64,000 bases of DNA, from positions 17,459-81,458 of the forward strand of contig JARKSN010000316.1 in the NCBI GenBank assembly GCA_029974275.1, given 5' to 3'. A model generated the notes under the pieces. It ran no database searches. It was given only the letters and a program-made list of their open reading frames with translations, and was not told the DNA's origin. How positions within the stretch are numbered: position 1 is the stretch's first letter; each line of letters starts with the position of its first letter. Below are positions 29,605-39,051 of this stretch, one piece after another. The DNA comes from Candidatus Hydrogenedentota bacterium (GTDB lineage: Bacteria > Hydrogenedentota > Hydrogenedentia > Hydrogenedentales > SLHB01). A program made the position numbers and the translations under genes.

Positions 29605-31266
29605 CTATTTCATCTGTTTGAGAAGCTTGAGCAGGTGATCACGCTCGTCACCCAAGGCGGGATTCAGGGTGTCCGCGGTGTTCTCAGAACTCCTTTTCCG
29701 CTCTTGATGCAGGTACCAGCCCGGGGAAACGAAAAAGTCAATGCGCCAATCAGGCATCTTTGCTTGCGTGTGGACACGCGTTAGTTTTTGGTCGCATTGA
29801 TCCGCGCGGAACCGTTCCAGGGCCTCGCACAAGCGGGCCTTGTCGCGCGGCTCGGTGTTTGGGCTGATCAGCCCTGCCGATCGGGCCGAATCGAGCATTG
29901 CGCGCACGCGCTGACATGCTTTCTCCGGCTCAAGCTTCGTGTCAACGAGCACGCGAGCGAGAAATGCCCAAGCCAGAGTCTCTTCGTCACGCGCGGCCCT
30001 GCCCAACGCGGCCAGATGGCGCAGTGTGGGAAGGTCCGTCTTGTCCCATCCGGTTTCTTGGGCGACTTTTTCCAGCACGGCCATATCGCCTGGAGGCTCT
30101 GGAGATGTCGCCCTGAGGCCAGCGACCAGAGCCGTCATGCGTTGCCGCAGTCTGCGCCGCGGCGTGTAAAGGTCTGATGGGCTGATGGTTATATTAGGCG
30201 CTGATTCCAATTCGCGCTCCATTTCCTCGTCGGAGATGTCCCCGTTTTTCCACATATGCAAGACAAGATCTTTCCAGATAACTTTCACTCGGCTCTGCGC
30301 CTTGACCTGGAAAAAGGTTTCCACCAACTGGTAGCGCTCGCGAATCATCGTCAGGCGCTCCATATCGTCTTCCGGCTCCGGCGCGGGAGGAGCAGAGGGC
30401 GGCTGGGGCGTGTTGCAGTTGCTGCGAAGGATGTTTTCCGCCACGGCGGCAATCCAATGGGGCAACGGCCCTGCGTATCGGTAGCCCCCGTCGGGATCCT
30501 CCCAGTGTTCGAGCACCCGCAGGACGGCTTCCGAGACGGCAGCATCCGCGGTCCATTCTCCGGCTCCGCATGACCATCGCGCTTGGAGAGTCTTCGATAT
30601 TTTCCCGAGTAAGCTTGCTAACTCCTGTTCGGCCTTCTGGATAGACATCGTTTGGCATGTCCTGGTAGCCAGAAAACGAACAACGGGATACCAAGTGAGG
30701 AGGTTGTCCGCGATTTGTTCGATCTGAGGTTGAGCGTAGGTAGCGATGAGGGAAGGGCGGAACTTGCGACGGATATATTCCCGAAGTTCCGGAATCAATG
30801 CGGGTGGAGCAGAGGCAAGAACAAGCTGATCGAAACGGCGAAGAAGTTTTTCGTCGGGGACGCCGCGATTGTTCCAAAACGCCCGCACCCGATCCATGAA
30901 CGATCTTGGATTGTGTTGCAGCGTTCCCAAGCGGGTGGGCGCAATGTCCTTCTTAAACGCGTCGGCCATCGCAACGCACTCATTGTAGTGAGAGTCATTC
31001 TGGACGAGTTCTTCAAGTGCGAGGCCGGCATTCGCGGCAAGCGCTTCGATCAGCTCCAGCAGCGGAATGTTTTGTCTGGCGCAGTTTTCGATGGCTCTAG
31101 GCGATGGCGTCGAGGAAGACAGGCGGGTCTGGGGGGCGGAGAGTTCTGTGGCGACTATTTTGGCAAGCAAGGTCGCGTCAAGCTGCGTTCCCAGGACCTT
31201 CTCACATATTTTATGAATATCATTGCAATGCGGCGCGTCAGACAAAGCAGGACTTTCTTGTTCCAT
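29605..31266 (-). CDS. Divergent ECF-type sigma factor with long N- and C-terminal extensions
   Basis: Region 2-like ADAAVSEAVLRVLEHW...YRYAGPLPHWIAAVAENILRS and region 4-like ISDEEMERELE...ISPSDLYTPRRRLRQRM within 553 aa. Confidence 0.68.
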   Translation of the reverse strand: MEQESPALSDAPHCNDIHKICEKVLGTQLDATLLAKIVATELSAPQTRLSSSTPSPRAIENCARQNIPLLELIEALAANAGLALEELVQNDSHYNECVAMADAFKKDIAPTRLGTLQHNPRSFMDRVRAFWNNRGVPDEKLLRRFDQLVLASAPPALIPELREYIRRKFRPSLIATYAQPQIEQIADNLLTWYPVVRFLATRTCQTMSIQKAEQELASLLGKISKTLQARWSCGAGEWTADAAVSEAVLRVLEHWEDPDGGYRYAGPLPHWIAAVAENILRSNCNTPQPPSAPPAPEPEDDMERLTMIRERYQLVETFFQVKAQSRVKVIWKDLVLHMWKNGDISDEEMERELESAPNITISPSDLYTPRRRLRQRMTALVAGLRATSPEPPGDMAVLEKVAQETGWDKTDLPTLRHLAALGRAARDEETLAWAFLARVLVDTKLEPEKACQRVRAMLDSARSAGLISPNTEPRDKARLCEALERFRADQCDQKLTRVHTQAKMPDWRIDFFVSPGWYLHQERKRSSENTADTLNPALGDERDHLLKLLKQMK

Positions 31267-31343
31267 GAATTTTCCAATGCAGATATATGAATAAAACCAA
31301 TGATATGGGGTCCCCCAAAGAAGAATACATATCCCAAACTACG

Positions 31344-31373
31344 ATGCTAGCATACGCTTCTGTTCAGGATCAA
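31344..31373 (-). promoter_or_regulatory. Candidate sigma70-type promoter for the sigma-CHAT operon
   Basis: Minus strand TTGATC-18 bp-TAGCAT with extended TG, followed by an AT-rich leader. Confidence 0.4.
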
Positions 31374-31475
31374 TGGTGGTGGAACGCTCAGGACCATTGC
31401 CCGAGGTTTGACCCCACCGAAAAGCGCGATCGTGAGGCAGGCTTGAACGAAGGGAAAGGGGGAATGAGGGCAATC

Positions 31476-32453
31476 TCAAACCGTGACGACGGCGCCCGCG
31501 CGGGCGGATTCGTACAAGGCGTCAATGACCCGCATGTTGGCGATGGCGTCTTCTATGCTCCATCGGAGCGGATCGCGCGTGCGGCAAGCGCGCACGAAGT
31601 CTTCGATTTCAAGCGCATAGGAATTGGCCGCCGGCACGTTGACCACTTCCTCGCGATCGCCCCGGCGCAATAGAAACGTGGCGCGCTCGTTGCCGGGAAG
31701 CCACGGCGAGGGAATGAGGATCGAGCCGTCGGCGCCTTCAATCTCGGCGGTCTCTCTCGCGTATGACTCGATGCCGCATTCGAGGTGCGCGAGGATGTTG
31801 TTGGGGAACTCCAGGATGCCGAGCATCAGATCGTCGACGCTGGTGCGGCGTTCGAATGCGGCTACGCGGATAGGTTCTGCGCCGGCGACAAGCCGCGACA
31901 GGTTCACGCAGTAACAACCGACGTCCATGAGCGAGCCGCCAGCCAGTGCGGCGTCGGCGATAATGCTGTCCCGGCTGTGCATCCGGAATGAAAACGCGCT
32001 GCGGATCGTCGTAATAACGCCGAGGGCGCCATCCTGTATCAGGCCGAAGATGCGGTCGTACTGCGGGTGATAACGGTACATGAACGCTTCGCCGAGGGGC
32101 AGGCGCTTTTGCGCCGCCACGTCGGCGACCCGGCGGGCTTCGGCGGCGTTGGCCGCGAAAGGCTTCTCGCACAAAACCGGCAGTCCCGCCTCGAGGGCCT
32201 TGATGGTCCACTCCGCGTGCAAGCTATTCGGCAACGGATTATACACGCAGTCAATCTCGGCGGAGTCGAGCATCTCCTGGTACGATCCGAATACCCGCGG
32301 AATGCCTTGCTCCTTTGCCCATTCAAGGGCGCGCGTGTATTCGCGACTCGCCACGGCTTGCACGCGGGTGTCGTAGCATTCGGCCATGGCCTTGATGAAG
32401 GTGCGCGCGATCTTCGCCGTGCCCAGAATGCCCCACCGGACTTCGTTCATCAT
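31476..32453 (-). CDS. Gfo/Idh/MocA-family oxidoreductase
   Basis: RWGILGTAKIA, YNPLPNSLH, LCEKP, GGSLMDVGCY. Confidence 0.9.
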   Translation of the reverse strand: MMNEVRWGILGTAKIARTFIKAMAECYDTRVQAVASREYTRALEWAKEQGIPRVFGSYQEMLDSAEIDCVYNPLPNSLHAEWTIKALEAGLPVLCEKPFAANAAEARRVADVAAQKRLPLGEAFMYRYHPQYDRIFGLIQDGALGVITTIRSAFSFRMHSRDSIIADAALAGGSLMDVGCYCVNLSRLVAGAEPIRVAAFERRTSVDDLMLGILEFPNNILAHLECGIESYARETAEIEGADGSILIPSPWLPGNERATFLLRRGDREEVVNVPAANSYALEIEDFVRACRTRDPLRWSIEDAIANMRVIDALYESARAGAVVTV

Positions 32454-32700
32454 GCTACGCCTCCCCGTGCGCCGGCCGCGCCGCGATTTTGGGTTCATGC
32501 CCAAGCGTCAAGCGAGTATACATAAGAGCGGGGGGCGCAACAAAAAGAAGCATTGGCCGCCAATCGCCCCGATGGAATGGCAGCGACTCCCATCGCTCCA
32601 CGACGGCACGTGATTTTCTTCGAGCGATTGTGGGAAGACGCGGGGAACGTATGCTAGACTTTTCCCCTGCGGCGCAAAGGTCGTGACGCGGGAGGATGCC

Positions 32701-33486
32701 ATGCCGGAATATATCGGGACGCACATGGATGCGGGATGTTTGTGGATGACGCTGCAGCGCCCCAAGGTGAATGCGCTCAACGTGGAACTTCTGCGGGAAA
32801 TTCGGGAGACGGTTCAGGCTGCCGAAGCCGATGCGGCGATTCGGTGCATGGTCATTCATGGCGGCGCAGGGAAATTTTTCAGCGGCGGCGCGGATATCCC
32901 ATCGATCCAGGACGCGCTGGGGAGCGATCCGTTCGCGAAAGGCGCGTTGCTTTCAGAGGGACAGCAGACGATGAATGTCATCGAAGGCTGCGGCAAGCCT
33001 GTTATCGCGGCGGTGAATGGCGCGGCCCTAGGCGGAGGATGCGAGTTGGCGTTGGCGTGCCATCTGCGCCTTGCTTCGACGGAGGCGACGTTTGGCCAGC
33101 CCGAAATCAATCTCGGCATCATGCCGGGCTGGGGCGCAACGTACCGGCTCGCGAGGCAGATCGGTCATGCGAGGGCATTGGATTGGATGCTGACGGGCCG
33201 TATGGTCGACGCGCAAGAGGCCTACGAGGCGGGCCTGCTCTGTAAACTCGTGAAGGCCGAGGAACTGGAGGCGGCCGCGCAAGAGCTTGCGGGCACGGTG
33301 AGCCGAAAGTCGCCGCTGGCAATGCGGGCGATTCTGGAAACCGTCCAAAATCAGGCCTTGCATCCTGCCGATGCCAGCGAGCTGGAGACTCGCGGGTTTC
33401 AACGATGCATGGCAAGCCACGATGCCGTTGAAGGCGTTTCGGCCTTTCTGGATAAGCGGACGCCGCATTTTACGGGAGAATCATGA
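32701..33486 (+). CDS. Enoyl-CoA hydratase/isomerase
   Basis: FSGGADI, ALGGGCELALAC, GQPEINLGIMPGWG; GGAGG RBS. Confidence 0.92.
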   Translation: MPEYIGTHMDAGCLWMTLQRPKVNALNVELLREIRETVQAAEADAAIRCMVIHGGAGKFFSGGADIPSIQDALGSDPFAKGALLSEGQQTMNVIEGCGKPVIAAVNGAALGGGCELALACHLRLASTEATFGQPEINLGIMPGWGATYRLARQIGHARALDWMLTGRMVDAQEAYEAGLLCKLVKAEELEAAAQELAGTVSRKSPLAMRAILETVQNQALHPADASELETRGFQRCMASHDAVEGVSAFLDKRTPHFTGES

Positions 33487-35942
33487 CAGTGAGGCGTTTA
33501 GGAACGTTTGCATGCGCGATAGGAGCGGCGGCGTTGCTGTCCGTATCCGCACAGGCGCTAGAAGCGGGCGCGGCAAAGGTGGACATTACGCCCGGCCTTG
33601 GCACGCCGCTGAATGGATATGGGGCGCGGCTGGGACAAGGGGCGGCGGCGGTGCACGACCCTATCACGGCCCGGGCGCTCTACCTGGAGGACGGCCAGAC
33701 GCGCCTGCTGCTGGTTGCGGCCGATCTGTGCGTCATCAATCGCGAATTGCGCGATCGCGCGCTGGAATTGGCGCCGCGCGATGTGCCGCCTGAAAACATT
33801 TTTCTTGTCGCGACGCACAATCACAGCGGGACGGGGGGGATGGTGCGCCCCCTGATCTTTCGATCGATTTCGGGCCGCTTCATGCCGGAGGTGTTGGAGG
33901 CCGCCGCCCAAAAGTTCGCGGAGGTTATGCGCGCGGCCATCGGGGCTCGCCAACGTGCGGCCATCGGCTATGCGACGTTCCAGCAGAACGATCTGTCGCG
34001 CAACCGCCGCGTGCCAGACGGTCCTGTGGACACGCAGGTGGGCGTGATTCGCGTTGAAAACGCCGACGGACGTCCCATCGCCGTCATGGCCAATTTCGCC
34101 GCGCATCCCACGAACGTTCCCGAAGAAGACGCCCTCTCTGTTTCCGCCGATTATTGCGGTTTCTATTATACGGAACTCGAGGCGTTGTTGGGCGAAAGCG
34201 CGATCGCCCTGTTCACCAATGGCGCGGAAGGCGATCAAAAATGCGCCGCGCCGCATGGCGAAGATGGCTGGGCCAAAACCGAGGCGGTGGGACGGTTGCT
34301 TGCCCAACGCGTAAACGAGGCCGCCCAGAAAATTCGGTGCGACGAAAGCGCGCTGCGGGTCGCCTCCGCGCAGGTCACTCTTCCGAAAACCCTCGCGGAT
34401 TCGTTTCTCCCGCAGGACACGACGCTGAAGACCATCGAAATCAATGATTTGCTGCTGACGTTTTTCCCGGGGGAGCCGTGCGTCGACATTGGGCTCGAAT
34501 TGCGGAAACGGACGTTGGCGCGCGGATACGGGGCTCAATTTTCCGTGGGACTTTCGAATGATCATCTCATGTATTTCGTGCCTCGTTCGATCTACAGCAC
34601 GACGAGCTACGAATCTTCCATGAACTTCTATGGACCGGGCATCGAAGACTTTTTTTACCGCGAATTCAGCAAGCTCATGAGCCGAGGAACGCCGGAGCCC
34701 GACCCGGAGCGGCCTGCAGAGCCGGAGATCGCAGCATTGCCCGGATCGCGTCGCATAACATTGACAGGTTCCGCTTACGCGATTGGATACATGCGCGGAA
34801 TGGCGTTTGCCGAGGAAATTCGCGCGCATTATCGGGACCGCGTTTGGGCCCGGGTTGAGTCCAAGGCATGGACCCCCAAGACGGGCTTGTGGAATCTGGC
34901 CCCTCCGTTCCTCAATCAGACGCCGTTGGCGTTGTCCTTTCTCGCTTTCAACGCGAGGCCTTTGCTGAAAGGGCTTCCAGACGACTTTCTGCGCGAGGTT
35001 GAAGGCATGGCCGATGCCTGCGCGTTGCCCTTCGATGCGGTTTGGCTTTCACAGTGCGCGCCAGTTTTCGAGGTGCAGGCGCGGTCTGAAGACATCTACC
35101 GCCAGCCCTACTGTACGATGTTCGCGTTGACGGGCAAACGTACGGAACGGGATGGCGTTCTGATCGGTCGCAATTTCGATTGGCCTGCGGCGGAGGCGAT
35201 CGTCGTGGAGGATGTGAAGCCTGCGACAGGGCGTCGGTTCGTGGCGATTGGTTTTCCGTGGACGGCAGGGGTGTTTACAGGAATGAATGACGCGGGCCTT
35301 GTGCTATGCGCCGAGAGGGTGGAAGCCCTCGGAACGCCTTCTTTGACCGGTCCGCCGATCGAAATGGCGTTGCGTCAGACCTTGCAGACCGCGGGAACGC
35401 TTCCGGAAGCCTTGGCGCAATTGCAGGCGGCTTCGCATCTGCGCGGGTTTCATGCGCTCGTGGCCGACGCGGCGTCGTTGGATGCGCGCATCATCGAATA
35501 CGGCGCGACGCAAGTTGTCCGCGCGCCTGTCGAGGGTCTGCTGCTTGGAATCGATCCGGCGAGCCCCAACGCGGACGACTCCGGCAGCAAACGCTACGCG
35601 CGGGCGGCAGAGCTTATCGGCGACAAACAAGCGCTTGCTGCGCCGCGCGTTCAAGAAATCCTTTCGGACGGCGATCCCGCGCAAAACGGAACGGCGCGCA
35701 TCTTTAACGAGCAGACGCGCTGCTCCGTGGTTTTTCAGCCCAGGATTCGCCAGATCCGCGTCGCGTTTCCGGATGAGAGCGGCAAACCGGGGCCTTACAC
35801 GGTGGTGCGCCTTGGCGAAGTCGACGACGTGCAGCCCCAAGCAGCGACTGGAAGCAGTCGCGACGCCGCCAAGATCGCGACGCAGCAAAACCGCCGGGCT
35901 TCTTCCAGCGGAACGCGTTCTAGCCGCAAGGAGGGGTCGTGA
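33483..35942 (+). CDS. Secreted fusion of a neutral/alkaline ceramidase-like domain and a C45-family Ntn hydrolase
   Basis: Signal peptide; DITP, HDPITARAL, ATHNHSG, NFAAHPT in the N half; YCTMFAL, GRNFDW, GMNDAGL in the C half. Confidence 0.8.
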   Translation: MTVRRLGTFACAIGAAALLSVSAQALEAGAAKVDITPGLGTPLNGYGARLGQGAAAVHDPITARALYLEDGQTRLLLVAADLCVINRELRDRALELAPRDVPPENIFLVATHNHSGTGGMVRPLIFRSISGRFMPEVLEAAAQKFAEVMRAAIGARQRAAIGYATFQQNDLSRNRRVPDGPVDTQVGVIRVENADGRPIAVMANFAAHPTNVPEEDALSVSADYCGFYYTELEALLGESAIALFTNGAEGDQKCAAPHGEDGWAKTEAVGRLLAQRVNEAAQKIRCDESALRVASAQVTLPKTLADSFLPQDTTLKTIEINDLLLTFFPGEPCVDIGLELRKRTLARGYGAQFSVGLSNDHLMYFVPRSIYSTTSYESSMNFYGPGIEDFFYREFSKLMSRGTPEPDPERPAEPEIAALPGSRRITLTGSAYAIGYMRGMAFAEEIRAHYRDRVWARVESKAWTPKTGLWNLAPPFLNQTPLALSFLAFNARPLLKGLPDDFLREVEGMADACALPFDAVWLSQCAPVFEVQARSEDIYRQPYCTMFALTGKRTERDGVLIGRNFDWPAAEAIVVEDVKPATGRRFVAIGFPWTAGVFTGMNDAGLVLCAERVEALGTPSLTGPPIEMALRQTLQTAGTLPEALAQLQAASHLRGFHALVADAASLDARIIEYGATQVVRAPVEGLLLGIDPASPNADDSGSKRYARAAELIGDKQALAAPRVQEILSDGDPAQNGTARIFNEQTRCSVVFQPRIRQIRVAFPDESGKPGPYTVVRLGEVDDVQPQAATGSSRDAAKIATQQNRRASSSGTRSSRKEGS

Positions 35943-37507
35943 GCGAGGTTGTTCGGGTGTTTACGCCAGGCGATGCGCGACGCAGACGGCGACGTGGGCT
36001 CTATCGCCGCATGGCGCTGGCGGTGGGCGTTCTTGTGATTCTCTATTTGATGGTCAGTTCATGGGACCGTCGTTCGTATAGCCAATTCGTTCCAAAAGAC
36101 CAAAAATATGGCGTGGTCATCACCGATCTCCTGAGACATCGCGACGCGTTGGCGCAATCCGCAGTGTGGCGGGCGTTGCCGCCCTCTATCGGCGCGAACG
36201 GCATTCCAGCCTTACTGACATCAAGCACAGGGCTTCCAGAGTGGGTGCTTAACAATCTGATTGGCGGACCGTGCTACATCACGGGTCAAGACATCGTCGC
36301 CTTTCGCGACGTCGTAATCATCACGCGCATGACGATGATTGGCAAGCAACTGGAGCGGTTAAGCGCCTTCGCTTCTGCGATCGAGAACGATCCCGCGGGC
36401 GGGCTCCGCCTGCGCCATGTACGGGGAACCAGCGTTTATTTTGCCGTGCGCGGACGTCTTTTCCTGCTGTCACGATCCCGCGACGCGCTGATCCGTTCCC
36501 TGACGCTCCGGCCCGAGGATGTCGTCTCGGATGATCCGTTGCTGACCCAGACCGCCAAGTCCGGCACCGAACACGTGCGCGGCATGGTGATATTATCGCC
36601 GGACGACCCCCTCGGCAAGCACATCCGTTCGCTACGTTTCGCCTTGCGCATCGACGCCGCCGCGGCGCACCTGCGCTGCCGCGTGAAGCTAGATGAGAGT
36701 CTTGAGGCCTCTCTCTCTCCCCTGTTGACCGATCTTGGCCCTAAGCCGTTGATCGCGCCGCCTGACGGCATGATCGGGCTTTCGGCCAATCTCGGACATC
36801 CCATCAAAGACGTGTGGGCGTCGCTCGCTCCGGCCCTTCCCTACCCGATTTTTGCCGCGCAACAGTGGGAAGCCTGGCAGACCGTCTCGCCCGGGCGACA
36901 ACCGGGATGGTTGCACATGCTGACGGGGTTGCTGGGCCTGGCGGGCCCAGGGTTCGCCCTGAGCGTGAGCGGTGTCGACCAGAACGAAATGCTGCCATTG
37001 CCGTTGCTCGTCGGACTATTCGAGGCCCCAAACGACGCCATCCAGAAGGCTGCCGCGTCGTGGCCGCCGTTGCCGGATACGGCAAAACCGTGGGATAGCA
37101 TTCCCCGCTATGAGACCGACCACAAATGGATTCGTCTGCCGTTGATAGGCGGCCCGTCGTTGGAACCTGTGGCGGCGCCGTATGGCGATGCACACTTATT
37201 GTTCAGTTCAAGCAGGACTGTGGCCGAAGCGATGTTGACCCAGCCCCAACCCCCTCAGCCCCTGGCCACGCCGGGCAATCTGTGCCTTCAGATCAAGCCG
37301 CTCGATTGCGTGCAAGCTCTCGCCGATGCCGGCCAGCAATTGGCGGACAGCAATCTGTTGCGCGGATATGCGCCGGATTCGTTTAGGGCCGACGCGGCGC
37401 GGTGGATCGAACAAGCTCAAAACGTCCGGTCGCTTTCGTTTTTGCTGACGCGCGACAACGGCGAACTTGCCGCTCAGGCTGATCTATTCTGCACAACCGG
37501 CGACTAG
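35939..37507 (+). CDS. Hypothetical membrane-anchored periplasmic protein
   Basis: Basic stretch followed by one N-terminal transmembrane helix; GTGA overlap with upstream gene. Confidence 0.65.
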   Translation: MSEVVRVFTPGDARRRRRRGLYRRMALAVGVLVILYLMVSSWDRRSYSQFVPKDQKYGVVITDLLRHRDALAQSAVWRALPPSIGANGIPALLTSSTGLPEWVLNNLIGGPCYITGQDIVAFRDVVIITRMTMIGKQLERLSAFASAIENDPAGGLRLRHVRGTSVYFAVRGRLFLLSRSRDALIRSLTLRPEDVVSDDPLLTQTAKSGTEHVRGMVILSPDDPLGKHIRSLRFALRIDAAAAHLRCRVKLDESLEASLSPLLTDLGPKPLIAPPDGMIGLSANLGHPIKDVWASLAPALPYPIFAAQQWEAWQTVSPGRQPGWLHMLTGLLGLAGPGFALSVSGVDQNEMLPLPLLVGLFEAPNDAIQKAAASWPPLPDTAKPWDSIPRYETDHKWIRLPLIGGPSLEPVAAPYGDAHLLFSSSRTVAEAMLTQPQPPQPLATPGNLCLQIKPLDCVQALADAGQQLADSNLLRGYAPDSFRADAARWIEQAQNVRSLSFLLTRDNGELAAQADLFCTTGD

Positions 37508-37520
37508 AGAGGACGAATCG

Positions 37521-39020
37521 GTGGCCAGGCCGGTATCCATGAAATATGACATGTCCCATTCACCCGCGATTGTGTGGTTTCAGCAGGACCTTCGCCTTAC
37601 AGACAATCCGGCGCTCTTCGCAGCGGCCGATCGAGGCCCGGTGGCGCCCGTCTACATTCACGCGCCGGAAGAAGAAGGGGAGTGGGGCCTAGGCGCGGCG
37701 AGTCGTTATTGGCTACATCAGTCCCTTGTCGCATTGGACGCTTCTTTGCAAGCGCGCGGCCTGCGCTTGGCGCTGCGACGCGGCCCGACGTTGGACGCCT
37801 TGCGCACGATCGCCGCCGAAACCGGGGCGCGATCGGTTTTCTGGAACCGTCGCCACGACCCCGTTGGCGCCGCGCGGGAAGCCGCGGTCGAACAGGCGCT
37901 GCGCGCGGACGGCATCGAGACGTTTCCACACGTTTCCGCGCTTCTCTTCAACCCGGATCGTATCCGAACCCAGCAAGGGGGGCCATACAAGGTTTTTACG
38001 CAGTTCTGGCGCGCTTGCCAGGCCTCTGACGAACCGCCGTCGCCGTGTGCCGCCCCATCGTCCCTGCGCGGGCCGGAATCATGGCCCCATTCCGAGAAAA
38101 TCGAGGCGCTTGGGTTGGAGCCGCGCGTTGATTGGGCGGCCGGGATTCGCGGCGCATGGCGTTTCGGCGAGGCGGCGGCTCGGGACCGTCTGGTTTGTTT
38201 TCGAGACGAAGCGCTGGAGCGGTATGCGACGGGACGCGACGCGCCCGCGGAGGAGTTGACCTCGCGACTGTCTCCGCACCTGCACTTCGGCGAACTATCG
38301 GTGCGCCAAGCATGGCACACAATTCAGGAAGCTGCGCTGCATCGGCCCGGCAATAACATCGACGTTTCGGCGCAACGCTTTTTGACCGAGCTGGGTTGGC
38401 GCGAGTTTGCACATCACTTGCTAATCCACTTTCCCAACACGCCGACGCAGCCGCTGCGTCCGGAGTTTGCGCGTTTCCCGTGGCGCCGCGATCCCGATCG
38501 TCTGTGCGCGTGGCAACGTGGACAAACCGGATATTCTATCGTCGACGCGGGCATGCGCGAGCTATGGGCCACTGGGTGGATGCACAACCGCGTCCGCATG
38601 ATCGCGGCGTCGTTCTTGGTGAAGGACCTGTTGCTGCCGTGGCAAGAAGGGGCCCGGTGGTTTTGGGACGCGCTGGTTGACGCGGACCTTGCCAACAACA
38701 CCTTTGGGTGGCAGTGGAGCGCGGGGTGTGGCGCGGATGCGGCTCCGTATTTCCGCATTTTCAACCCCGTGACGCAAGGTGAACGTTTTGATCCGCAAGG
38801 CCGGTACGTGCGGCGCTGGGTCCCCGAACTTGCGGCGCTTCCAGACGCGCATATTCATCGACCGTGGGAAGCGCCCCGCGATGCCCTGGCCCGTGCGTCC
38901 ATAACGTTGGGGCATGACTATCCCGCCCCGATCATCGATCATCGCGAGGCCCGGCAGGAAGCTTTGCTTGCGTTCCAGCGGATTCGCGCAATGGCCTCGG
39001 CCCCCCAAAAACTGGTATAG
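37521..39020 (+). CDS. phrB: Deoxyribodipyrimidine photolyase (class I CPD / cryptochrome family)
   Basis: WFQQDLRLTDNPAL, TSRLSPHLHFGELS, ELGWREF, WMHNRVRM, DADLANN, RIFNP; start uncertain (37521/37539/37551). Confidence 0.92.
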   Translation: MARPVSMKYDMSHSPAIVWFQQDLRLTDNPALFAAADRGPVAPVYIHAPEEEGEWGLGAASRYWLHQSLVALDASLQARGLRLALRRGPTLDALRTIAAETGARSVFWNRRHDPVGAAREAAVEQALRADGIETFPHVSALLFNPDRIRTQQGGPYKVFTQFWRACQASDEPPSPCAAPSSLRGPESWPHSEKIEALGLEPRVDWAAGIRGAWRFGEAAARDRLVCFRDEALERYATGRDAPAEELTSRLSPHLHFGELSVRQAWHTIQEAALHRPGNNIDVSAQRFLTELGWREFAHHLLIHFPNTPTQPLRPEFARFPWRRDPDRLCAWQRGQTGYSIVDAGMRELWATGWMHNRVRMIAASFLVKDLLLPWQEGARWFWDALVDADLANNTFGWQWSAGCGADAAPYFRIFNPVTQGERFDPQGRYVRRWVPELAALPDAHIHRPWEAPRDALARASITLGHDYPAPIIDHREARQEALLAFQRIRAMASAPQKLV

Positions 39021-39051
39021 TGACGCAAACGAAGATTGAGCGCAGGACCAC

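Noticed and set aside
14975..31470. tRNA-Arg as the integration site of the 21-31 kb island
   Set aside because: No duplicated tRNA 3' end or integrase seen, and core genes (pal, cpoB) lie between the tRNA and the island
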